DNA of 62,402 bases from a virus (lineage: Duplodnaviria; Caudoviricetes): positions 1 to 62,402 of IMG/VR virus record IMGVR_UViG_3300032241_001301; one strand, given 5' to 3'. Of this stretch, positions 9,222 through 17,138 are shown one piece after another (the stretch's first letter is position 1; each line of letters starts with the position of its first letter). The notes below the pieces were generated by a model. It saw nothing but the letters and a program-made list of their open reading frames with translations, did no database searches and had not been told where the DNA came from. The position numbers and the translations under genes are program-made.

Positions 9222-10108
9222 TATTCGCCTCGCCTTTTCAGGAAGTTGTCAATGGCGGTCATCGTGTCCGATGGTCGCTGGGTGGTCGGGTTGTTATTCT
9301 CACTCATTCCAGCACCCGTGTCAAGGAAATCTTGGTAGCGCAACGACGACCCGAAAAAAGTAGACCCGTGGAGTGTGTAGATTTCCGGTTGCCCCAGTCG
9401 GGTGGATGCGTAGTTTCGGGTGGCTTCCAAAAGGCGTTCCATGGTTTCACCGGCACGGATACGGGCGATGAAGTTGTCGTGCGCCTTTCCTCTGCCGATT
9501 TTACGAGGGTAAATTGCCCACACTTGCGCAAACTCGAAAGCGTAGGGCTTTTCCTGTGAAGCCTTTTTCACCACTCCCTCGCCGGAAGTGTGTCCATCGC
9601 CCGATTTTTCGGGTGATGCAAAATTACTAATTTCAGTATTTACTTTATTCAGTACTTGTTTAACTTCAGTACTTACTAGGTGAGCAGGTTTGCCGCTGAC
9701 GGTAAACCCGTTGACGGTTCCACCGTTGACGGTAAACCCGTCCACGGTCCCATCAGGGATTATGTGTATTTCAGTACCAATTGCGACCTCATGTACCACC
9801 CTTTCGGTGTGCGAAAAGTGACCATTTTCGCTGTCAATGTACTGTCCGTTGTTGGTGATGTACCCAAGGGTTTCTAGTTCGTCAAGGATGCGCAAAACTT
9901 TTTGTCGCCCAGCCTTTGGACTTTCCTTGACCAAGTGGTTCACCATGATGACCCAATTGTCTGGTTTGCTAATCAAATACGCCAGCATCCCCTTGGCTTC
10001 CCAAGAAAGGCGTGCGTCGTTCAGCGTGACATTGGGCATAATGGTGAACGATTGACGTGTGACTGATGGACTGCGACGTATCACGGTTTGTACTCCCCTG
10101 TAGAGCAA
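9221..10108 (-). CDS. Phage replication initiator (wHTH) protein
   Basis: FTIMPN...LSWEAKGMLAYLISKPDNW...ELETLGYI N-terminal domain; C-terminal F...W..YPRK.GR..A. Exact start uncertain. Confidence 0.8.
   Translation of the reverse strand: MLYRGVQTVIRRSPSVTRQSFTIMPNVTLNDARLSWEAKGMLAYLISKPDNWVIMVNHLVKESPKAGRQKVLRILDELETLGYITNNGQYIDSENGHFSHTERVVHEVAIGTEIHIIPDGTVDGFTVNGGTVNGFTVSGKPAHLVSTEVKQVLNKVNTEISNFASPEKSGDGHTSGEGVVKKASQEKPYAFEFAQVWAIYPRKIGRGKAHDNFIARIRAGETMERLLEATRNYASTRLGQPEIYTLHGSTFFGSSLRYQDFLDTGAGMSENNNPTTQRPSDTMTAIDNFLKRRGE
9620..9752. repeat. Putative replication origin: four 15-bp iterons plus an AT-rich tract
   Basis: Units at 9693, 9708, 9723 and 9738 (CCGtTGACGGTaaac, core CCGT-nn-ACGG) lie inside the initiator gene next to AT-rich 9620-9677. 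Confidence 0.65.
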
Positions 10109-10200
10109 AGTGGATTCGTGACACTACACCATTGGGGGCATACGTGGGTGGACGGGATTTCACTAGGCATCCCAGCCTTTGCCCATAAATTTCCAAATCT

Positions 10201-10248
10201 ACACAACATTTAGTGGTGTCCACCCTCGAGGGGCGCAACATCTTGTGG
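10201..10248. promoter_or_regulatory. Tandem NrdR-box-like operators
   Basis: ACACAACATTTAGTGG (10201) and GCGCAACATCTTGTGG (10233), 32 bp apart, upstream of the replication initiator. Confidence 0.6.
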
Positions 10249-10305
10249 TCGCAACGTGGCTTTGCGTTTTTTGGTGGTAGTGAACCTCTAGAACGCCCTA
10301 GAAAG

Positions 10306-10350
10306 TCCAAAACCCCCCGAACCTACGTTGGGGCATAGGTCGGGGGGTTT
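10306..10350 (-). terminator. Intrinsic terminator after sak4
   Basis: AACCCCCCGA...TCGGGGGGTT stem followed by a T-run on the minus strand. Confidence 0.75.
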
Positions 10351-10389
10351 GGTAGCCACACAGGGGTACGTGGCGTTTGTGGTGGAAAC

Positions 10390-11307
10390 CTATTCCGGCA
10401 CAACCTCGTCGGTTGGCGTTTCGGCTTCCACGGTGGCGCACTCGGCAACCAACGCTTCTGCTTCCGCAAGGCGATTCTGGGTAAGGGTGTTCACCTTGGG
10501 CAAGTTAGCCTCGCCCCACTTAAGGGCAAGGACCCGACGTTGGGCTGGGGCCAGCGAACGGATACGTCCATCCAATGCGTCACGCTCGGTGTCGCTAATC
10601 AAGGGGTCGCCCGACTTCAGCCAGTTGTCAAAAATCTTTGCGGCCTCCTCGCCCTTGTTCGAGGGGAACACTTTGTCGGCAAGTGATTCGCAACGGGTCT
10701 TGCCGATAATGGTGCGGTGGTCCACGTCCATTTCAACAACAAGGGTGAACTCGTATTCGATACCGTCACGCTGTTGGGGGGCAAGCCCAACCTTCTTGGG
10801 GGCGGTGCGCCCAGTGCGTTCGTCCTTCTCCAAGGTGTACTCGGTCTTGGAACGCATTGTCGAAATGATGTGTCCGTTGAAGTTCAAAATGGTGTCCACC
10901 ATTCGTTGCTGGATTGGCGTACCAGTTTTCCAACCGGCGAAACCATTACCGCCAGCCTTAGCACCAGCCAAGTCCACCAACTCGAGTAGTCCACCCGAGC
11001 CGTTGTAGAAGTGGGTAAGGCTGTCGATGACAACGACGGCGTAGTTTTCTTGCTCGGCTACCTTGAGGACTTCGACCAAGCGGTCGGGGTGATACGGCGC
11101 ACCCATCGAAAGGGTGTCGAAGTTGAAACGGTCGGCGTACAATTTTGCGCTGTCACGTTCAGTGTCAATCACGGCAATATTGCCACCATCGGCTAGGACT
11201 GTCGCCCACGCCAATGCGCTGTAAGTCTTACCCGACCCCGAAGGTCCGGTGACTGCGATGCGAGCCTTGGCTTGCGCCTTGGTCGCCTTGGTAAATAATG
11301 AACTCAT
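10390..11307 (-). CDS. Sak4-like AAA ATPase (single-strand annealing recombinase)
   Basis: Walker A GPSGSGKT, IDTE, Walker B VVVIDSLTH, and EYEFT. Confidence 0.85.
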   Translation of the reverse strand: MSSLFTKATKAQAKARIAVTGPSGSGKTYSALAWATVLADGGNIAVIDTERDSAKLYADRFNFDTLSMGAPYHPDRLVEVLKVAEQENYAVVVIDSLTHFYNGSGGLLELVDLAGAKAGGNGFAGWKTGTPIQQRMVDTILNFNGHIISTMRSKTEYTLEKDERTGRTAPKKVGLAPQQRDGIEYEFTLVVEMDVDHRTIIGKTRCESLADKVFPSNKGEEAAKIFDNWLKSGDPLISDTERDALDGRIRSLAPAQRRVLALKWGEANLPKVNTLTQNRLAEAEALVAECATVEAETPTDEVVPE

Positions 11308-11393
11308 CTAGTTCCATCACTTTCTATAACAATAACAATTACAAGACACGTATCTTACTACACGGGCTACACCCATGTCCACCCTATGTTCAA

Positions 11394-11444
11394 AAAAAGA
11401 TTTCCGAAAAAGATTTGCGTCACGTCGCTAAACTATGGTAAAGT
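11394..11444 (+). promoter_or_regulatory. Promoter with an A-tract upstream element
   Basis: AAAAAGATTTC repeats, then TTGCGT-18-TAAAGT. Confidence 0.55.
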
Positions 11445-11482
11445 CATTACGTAGTGATTTGGAAACTGATTAGAGAAAGGTA

Positions 11483-11854
11483 GTGCCAATGAAGTTTGGA
11501 GTTATGAACGCATACGCTGGTCTTGACACCCCAGCGTTGTCCGGTGCCATTGACAACGGCATCGTGTCTGTGTCCGTCACTTTTGGTTACGCTACGGCGA
11601 GCATCGTGTTCCCTGACAAGGAATCGGCGGTGGACGCTATTCGTGTCACGCAATCGTCTTTCGGGGTCATCGCTAACGATGACACGCAGTTTGACCTTGC
11701 GGTGGCGATGTTGTCATTGTTCGCTAACAAGTCCTACGTGCTTCCCAAGCCCGAGGATTTTAGCGATGAAGAAATGGAAGCGTTGATGGCGGAACAGCAA
11801 GCCCTTGACGCTGACATCGAAAACTACTACTTGGAAAAGGCAGGGTGGCTCTAA
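11483..11854 (+). CDS. Hypothetical acidic protein
   Basis: GAAAGG SD; first gene of the plus-strand island. Confidence 0.7.
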   Translation: MPMKFGVMNAYAGLDTPALSGAIDNGIVSVSVTFGYATASIVFPDKESAVDAIRVTQSSFGVIANDDTQFDLAVAMLSLFANKSYVLPKPEDFSDEEMEALMAEQQALDADIENYYLEKAGWL

Positions 11855-12222
11855 TGGGTCTGGCAATCTACAACAACTTTAGCGACCAGTGCGTCTGGTC
11901 GTCGTCTTACAGTGGCTTTGGTGAATGGCGTGATGCCATTGCTAAGGCGGCAGGTGTAGCCGACTGGCGCACGACTGTTAGCCCAACCGCCGACACGGTA
12001 TTGGGCCTTTGGTCTACGCAACCGGCTGACCCACTGGCGTTTGTTTTGGAACACAGCGACTGCGACGGGTTTATCTTGCCCTACAACGCTGGGCGACTTG
12101 CACGTCGCTTGCGTGGCTTGCTTGATGACCTTGCCGAGAGCGAGTGGTTGGACGCTACCAAGGACTTCATTGTCGCCCTTGAAGAAGCGTTTGAAGACAA
12201 AGCCACTTTGGAATTCATGTAG
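11854..12222 (+). CDS. Hypothetical protein (HSDCDG motif)
   Basis: TAATG overlap with the upstream gene; motifs YSGFGEWR and LEHSDCDG. Confidence 0.72.
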   Translation: MGLAIYNNFSDQCVWSSSYSGFGEWRDAIAKAAGVADWRTTVSPTADTVLGLWSTQPADPLAFVLEHSDCDGFILPYNAGRLARRLRGLLDDLAESEWLDATKDFIVALEEAFEDKATLEFM

Positions 12223-12238
12223 TTCTATCAAGAAACAC

Positions 12239-12268
12239 TTGCATTGTGTCACACCGTTGTGGCACAAT
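12239..12268 (+). promoter_or_regulatory. Promoter overlapping an inverted repeat
   Basis: TTGCAT-18-CACAAT; TGTGTCAC-N6-GTGGCACA dyad. Confidence 0.5.
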
Positions 12269-12305
12269 GCTTGTGTACCGATTTAGCAACTGATTAGGAG
12301 ACAAA

Positions 12306-12860
12306 ATGACTTACTATCGCAATCCAGAGAACATGGCTTCTACCTACGGCGTTCGTGGAACGTGCCGGTGCGGAACTAACGACGTTATGGAGTGTCGTGA
12401 CCAAGGTGGTTGCGATGAATTCTGGGCTGAGGTTTGGGCCTCAAAGCGCCGCCGTGAGGCACCACGTTCGTACACCGCCACGCAGAAGCAGATTGGGTTC
12501 ATGCGCTCGATGGTCGCCAAGAAGCAATTGACCGACGAAGCCATCATCGCCAAACACGCCAACGTGGAACGTATCCTCAGCGAGGGTCGTGGTGTCAATG
12601 GTTTCTCTGTGAGCGCCATCATTGACCACGCTAAGACGTGCGCCGACAAAATTGCCACCCCCGAGGTGACTGCCCCTATCGCCAACGTCGAGCCAGCCTC
12701 GGTAAAGCAGATTGGATTTATGAACGTCTTGCTCAAGAAGAAGGACGTGTCGCCTGAACTGCTAGCGCAGGTAGACGAAGCCAAGGCATCTAAGGCTAAG
12801 GCTTCAAAGTTGATTGACGCATTGACCAAGTGCGCCGACAAAGTTTTGACCAACGTTTAA
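12306..12860 (+). CDS. Hypothetical protein with an N-terminal Cys cluster and a duplicated KQIGFM domain
   Basis: AGGAG SD; ATQKQIGFM...CADK and ASVKQIGFM...CADK repeats. Confidence 0.75.
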   Translation: MTYYRNPENMASTYGVRGTCRCGTNDVMECRDQGGCDEFWAEVWASKRRREAPRSYTATQKQIGFMRSMVAKKQLTDEAIIAKHANVERILSEGRGVNGFSVSAIIDHAKTCADKIATPEVTAPIANVEPASVKQIGFMNVLLKKKDVSPELLAQVDEAKASKAKASKLIDALTKCADKVLTNV

Positions 12861-12861
12861 T

Positions 12862-12891
12862 TTGCGTTGCGTCACACCGATGTAGTAAGAT
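12862..12891 (+). promoter_or_regulatory. Promoter for gam
   Basis: TTGCGT-18-TAAGAT. Confidence 0.55.
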
Positions 12892-12939
12892 AGTACCGTA
12901 GTACAGTAGTTCCAAACCAACTGATGAAAGGATTACCAA

Positions 12940-13518
12940 ATGTCACAAGACATTGTTGATGTAAGCCTTGAGGACTTTCTGGCGCAAGCCGGTCAGCCTG
13001 AAGGGTACGTAGAAGCCGATGCGTCGTACCGCATCACCAACGACGACGAAGCCTTGTGGGCTATGCGTCGCTTGGCACAGGCACAGCGTCGCATTGACGC
13101 TGTGAAGGCACAGGCACAGGTCGAGGTTGACCGTATCAACGCTTGGGTCGAAGCAAACACCACCGACAACAAGGCAACGGTTGATTACTTTGACCGTATC
13201 CTTGGTGACTACCTGATGACCGTTCGTGAGAACGAGGCTGACGGTCGCAAGTCGCTGGACTTCCCTGACGGTACAGTGTCAAGCCGTGCCACCCAGCCCA
13301 AGGTTGCTGTTGAAGACCTCGAGGCGTTCCTTACTTGGGCTGACGCTAACGGTCACTCCGAGTGGGTTCGTGTCAAGCGTGAGGCTGACATCGCCACTAT
13401 CAAAAAGGTCGTAGACCTTAGCGACGCTGGTGTTGTTGACCCAGCCACCGGCGAAGTTGTCGAGGGGCTGTCGTTCGTCGAGGGTGGCGTGTCCACCACC
13501 GTCAAGGTGAACGACTAA
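12940..13518 (+). CDS. gam: Mu Gam-like host-nuclease inhibitor / DNA end-binding protein
   Basis: A.WAMRRL...I..W coiled coil; KSLDFPDGTVSSR; C-terminal VVDPATGEVVEG. Confidence 0.78.
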   Translation: MSQDIVDVSLEDFLAQAGQPEGYVEADASYRITNDDEALWAMRRLAQAQRRIDAVKAQAQVEVDRINAWVEANTTDNKATVDYFDRILGDYLMTVRENEADGRKSLDFPDGTVSSRATQPKVAVEDLEAFLTWADANGHSEWVRVKREADIATIKKVVDLSDAGVVDPATGEVVEGLSFVEGGVSTTVKVND

Positions 13519-13638
13519 CCAAGTTCGTCACGGTGGGTAAGGGAAACTAACCATTCGGTTGTTATCCGCCCCCTTGCCCACTGTGCCGTCATTCCAATCC
13601 CCGACCAATCGTGAGGAACGGTTGGTGATTGGATAAAG

Positions 13639-13681
13639 CAAAACCCCTAGCCAATCCGTTTTGGAAAGGCTAGGGGTTTTG
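13639..13681. terminator. Bidirectional intrinsic terminator between convergent units
   Basis: AAAACCCCTAGCC...GGCTAGGGGTTTT. Confidence 0.8.
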
Positions 13682-13736
13682 TTACGCCTACCAAGGTGGG
13701 CATGAACTCTTGTCGGGGTTCAGCCCCAACGTAGCA

Positions 13737-14051
13737 CTACTTAGTGGCGCTAGTGACACCCGTGGATACGACGGGCTTGGTTGCCTTGACACCAAGCAAG
13801 CGACCGAACTCGGGAACCTTGCTCTCAAGGTAGCGGACGATAATGAAGTAGCCCGACGACACGAAGGGGAAAATCCGCTGGTATGCCTCGGCGGTCGTAA
13901 GGTGGAAGCCAACCTTAGCGCCAAGGGTAATGAACCAACCAACGAGGATTGGGGTGACGTAGCGGACGACTTCCAAACCAAACTCGTCTACGGGGTTGGT
14001 TGTTGCTACGGGAGTACTGCTAGGTGTTTGATTGACCGTTTGGTCGGACAT
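13737..14051 (-). CDS. Putative holin
   Basis: Start at ATG 14051 (AAGGAGG SD); two TM segments, VRYVTPILVGW and YFIIVRYLE...GRLLG, typical of actinophage holins. Confidence 0.65.
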   Translation of the reverse strand: MSDQTVNQTPSSTPVATTNPVDEFGLEVVRYVTPILVGWFITLGAKVGFHLTTAEAYQRIFPFVSSGYFIIVRYLESKVPEFGRLLGVKATKPVVSTGVTSATK

Positions 14052-14370
14052 CTGTTGCCTCCTTAGAAAGCATTTGGGGTAAATGCACTTCGGCTTCGGC
14101 ACGATGCCAGCCCAAGTGCCTTTCTACCTTATCCTCAATTGAGTCCAAACGTAGGTCTAAACGGGCAAAATTTGTGTCAATGCGTTCAAAACGGGTGTCT
14201 ATCTGAACTAGTTTTTCGGATACTTGTTCTACTTGGTGAATAACTTTGTCAGTGTCCCTGTGTCCCTGTTTGCCATTTCGGTGCGCCGAATACCAAGCAG
14301 CCGTGGCTCCAAGTGTCGCCGGAATAGCACTAATAAGCGACGCTATGACGTAGGGATTTGATTGGGCCAT
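14020..14370 (-). CDS. Single-TM coiled-coil lysis-cassette membrane protein
   Basis: N-terminal TM helix, heptad coil, and C-terminal H..WH; adjacent to the holin. Confidence 0.65.
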   Translation of the reverse strand: MAQSNPYVIASLISAIPATLGATAAWYSAHRNGKQGHRDTDKVIHQVEQVSEKLVQIDTRFERIDTNFARLDLRLDSIEDKVERHLGWHRAEAEVHLPQMLSKEATDVRPNGQSNT

Positions 14371-14399
14371 GCCCCAATCTTAGAGTAGGTTTTCCAAAA

Positions 14400-15416
14400 C
14401 TATTGTCCGGTCACAGGGCCGTGGTCGTAAATAGTGATGCTTAGATTTGGCGATGTATCTTTAGTGAAAACAATGTTAGGTACTGGATTTCCAATGTAGC
14501 CAGAGCCAGAAGATGTTTGGTTCTGCGCCAACACGGCAATTGTCCATGAAAACTGATTATGGGGATATTGCTTTGCCCATTCGCCAGCCTTGAGGTTGGG
14601 TGGTGAATCATACGTTGGTGATGAAACGCCATTTATGTACTCAACCGCTCCACCGCTTGGCGTGTCTACTGCGTGGTTGTTTGACCAGATGGTTTCTGAA
14701 CCCGTTGGGCCGGTTAATGAAAAACTAATACTTGTGTGGTCGCCAGCGCAACTGTTGATTTTGAAACGTGCCGTCAAGGTGGCGGTATACATACGGTTTG
14801 GTAAAAACTGAGTGATAACACTTGCCGGAAGCGTGTTTGTTCCGCTTCCGTAACCATAGGTGTAATCCAAGTAAAAGTTTTTTGTCCCAGCAATAGTGGG
14901 GGTTCCACCAATAACAACCGTTTGCTTGACTGGCGTGGTGGTTCCATCAGGGTTGGTTGTTGTTCCCGTAACAATGTTGGTGGTATTTCCAGCAGCAGCC
15001 CCAACCACATACACCTCGGTGCCGTACACCAAACAGCGAACCGCCTGATTCATGACGGGCGTGTAGTTATGCTCAAACCGGCACCCGTGAATGGCAACAT
15101 TATCGCCAGCCAAAAACACACTTACCGCCGGGTAGGTCCCCGTTACTAGGGTGGACGAGTTAGTGTTTTCACTAGAAGATGTGTTGTAAACAGTTGGAAC
15201 TGGTTGGCTTGTTGCCACTGATTGACCAATACTGGCACCATTGTTGAATGACGGGTCATACCCAGCAATTGTTCCAAGTCGCTCCACCGCTTGTGGTGGT
15301 AAAACCATTTGCCCGTTGTTGATAAGGGCGTTTGTAAGGTCGCCAAAGTCAAACGGTGGCGTAGGACCAATACTTGGTGAACCGTTGTATTTGCTATAAA
15401 CCGGCATTGGGGTCAT
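14400..15416 (-). CDS. Minor tail protein
   Basis: Follows the tail-tip genes; beta-rich composition; start moved to MTPMPV. Confidence 0.65.
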   Translation of the reverse strand: MTPMPVYSKYNGSPSIGPTPPFDFGDLTNALINNGQMVLPPQAVERLGTIAGYDPSFNNGASIGQSVATSQPVPTVYNTSSSENTNSSTLVTGTYPAVSVFLAGDNVAIHGCRFEHNYTPVMNQAVRCLVYGTEVYVVGAAAGNTTNIVTGTTTNPDGTTTPVKQTVVIGGTPTIAGTKNFYLDYTYGYGSGTNTLPASVITQFLPNRMYTATLTARFKINSCAGDHTSISFSLTGPTGSETIWSNNHAVDTPSGGAVEYINGVSSPTYDSPPNLKAGEWAKQYPHNQFSWTIAVLAQNQTSSGSGYIGNPVPNIVFTKDTSPNLSITIYDHGPVTGQ

Positions 15417-17136
15417 CCTGTGAGTATTCGGCAATACGAACAGCATCCTTGCGTGTACCGACACGACGCTCACGCATTGTAATCTCAATTTCCGTAGTGA
15501 AATCTAACGGAATAACGATTTTGTCAATGTAGTAGTTGACCGCACCATCGTTGCTAGTGATTTTGGGGTCAAGGATACTTACGCCAATCACATAGTCGTT
15601 TGTTGGGGTGAAAGGGGCAACGTTCAGAACCGTATTGGTGCTTGTGGCGGTTTGCGTGGTGGTGATTTCCTGTGTTCCAATACCCGTTTTGATAATCAAC
15701 GTTGTTCCGGCTGGAATGTCGTTTACCAAGGGCAACACCGTGATTTGTGTGTATGACTGGGTGTGCTTTAGGAACGTGTCAATTACTGCAACTACTTCAT
15801 AGGCGTTATACACGCCAAGACGCTTGCGCCGAACACGCACTACGTCATTTACGTCAAGCAACGGGTTTGGAACGCCCTTCATAACCATTTGGTCATCGCC
15901 ACCCGTGAACCAACTAAGAAAAGTCCGAGCGGCTACCTGTGTCTGCTGTAATGTGGTCAGCAGTTTGTGGCCCGGTTCGTAGGCGACGACACGCCCAAAC
16001 GGCCCGTTTACATACGTTGGTGAAGTTGGGTCAGTGTCTGAGGCCACGGCTTTGTATGGCTGGTTTAGGGTAATGCTTTCACCAGTGGCAATAACGAAGT
16101 TCACGGCTTTGGAGTCTGAAATAGTACGGCTTACATTGGTAAGTAAACCACCGGCTCCATCGCCGTTTCCATCAAAGAAATCCCATACAGGTTCCACCGC
16201 ATTAGGGTCCGCAATGGCAACCATTTTAAACTTGCCCTCCACGTCCACGTACAATTCACCAATTCCACCACCAACAGCGGCGGCCAATCCCGAAATGTCC
16301 GTCCACGGGCTGTTGGAGCCAGAATTGGAAACAGTGTGCGACCCCATAATCACGGGTACTTTTAGTGGTACGTCTTGTATTCCACTGAAATCAAATGAAT
16401 CGTCAGTGAGGGGCCATAAGGCTGGGTTGTTGGGCCAACGGTCATAAATCAACAGTTTGATTGCTTCTTGGATTCCAGCAGAAGCCAACGTAAGTCCGCC
16501 GTAGTTGTTTGGCAACGTGTACGTTTGCTGAATGGGGTAATAAGCATCAGCGGCACTATTTCCAACGTCAGAAGTTGAGGGCGCAACAATCGGGGGCTGA
16601 ACGCCAGCCTTCCAAATCGTAACGGGTTCAGTCCAGTGGTTTTTAGCAATGTTGTTGCTAACGTCCGTTCCGTCCACCGTGATAGAAACGTCGCCGTCCT
16701 TGTCTTCGGTTATTTTCAGCGAGTTGATACGAAATACGCCAACAGGGACTAGTTCATACGCACCATTGGCTGGTCGCAAAAAATCATCGGCAAGAGGGGC
16801 GTGTGCCGAATACACACCAGTCGCTTCCACCTCATCTATGTTCCAAACAATGCCACGATAAATGTACAGGTGATTGCCGTAGATGTTAAGTGGGTCGTAG
16901 TCCTTCATTGGAATCATCGAGGCATTTGTGCCGTCCGGTTGCTCCACAAACAAACTATTGACCACGATTTCACAAGTACGTCGAAAGTCTTGCGAGGTGC
17001 GGTCTGCGGTTACAGTCCCACTGACAATAGGAATGTTTGTCGTAGTGCCATTTACCGACAACGCTTTCACTAGAACCATTGGTCGGTGCGATGTTTTTAG
17101 GCTGTCTATGAACTTCTGTGTTGCCTTAGCGTACAT
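15394..17136 (-). CDS. Minor tail / baseplate hub protein (DUF5047-like)
   Basis: SGTVTADR...RRTC, LVPVGVFRI, SPTYVNGPFGRV and PNPLLDVNDVV are typical of actinophage minor tail proteins. Confidence 0.78.
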   Translation of the reverse strand: MYAKATQKFIDSLKTSHRPMVLVKALSVNGTTTNIPIVSGTVTADRTSQDFRRTCEIVVNSLFVEQPDGTNASMIPMKDYDPLNIYGNHLYIYRGIVWNIDEVEATGVYSAHAPLADDFLRPANGAYELVPVGVFRINSLKITEDKDGDVSITVDGTDVSNNIAKNHWTEPVTIWKAGVQPPIVAPSTSDVGNSAADAYYPIQQTYTLPNNYGGLTLASAGIQEAIKLLIYDRWPNNPALWPLTDDSFDFSGIQDVPLKVPVIMGSHTVSNSGSNSPWTDISGLAAAVGGGIGELYVDVEGKFKMVAIADPNAVEPVWDFFDGNGDGAGGLLTNVSRTISDSKAVNFVIATGESITLNQPYKAVASDTDPTSPTYVNGPFGRVVAYEPGHKLLTTLQQTQVAARTFLSWFTGGDDQMVMKGVPNPLLDVNDVVRVRRKRLGVYNAYEVVAVIDTFLKHTQSYTQITVLPLVNDIPAGTTLIIKTGIGTQEITTTQTATSTNTVLNVAPFTPTNDYVIGVSILDPKITSNDGAVNYYIDKIVIPLDFTTEIEITMRERRVGTRKDAVRIAEYSQDDPNAGL

Positions 17137-17138
17137 AG

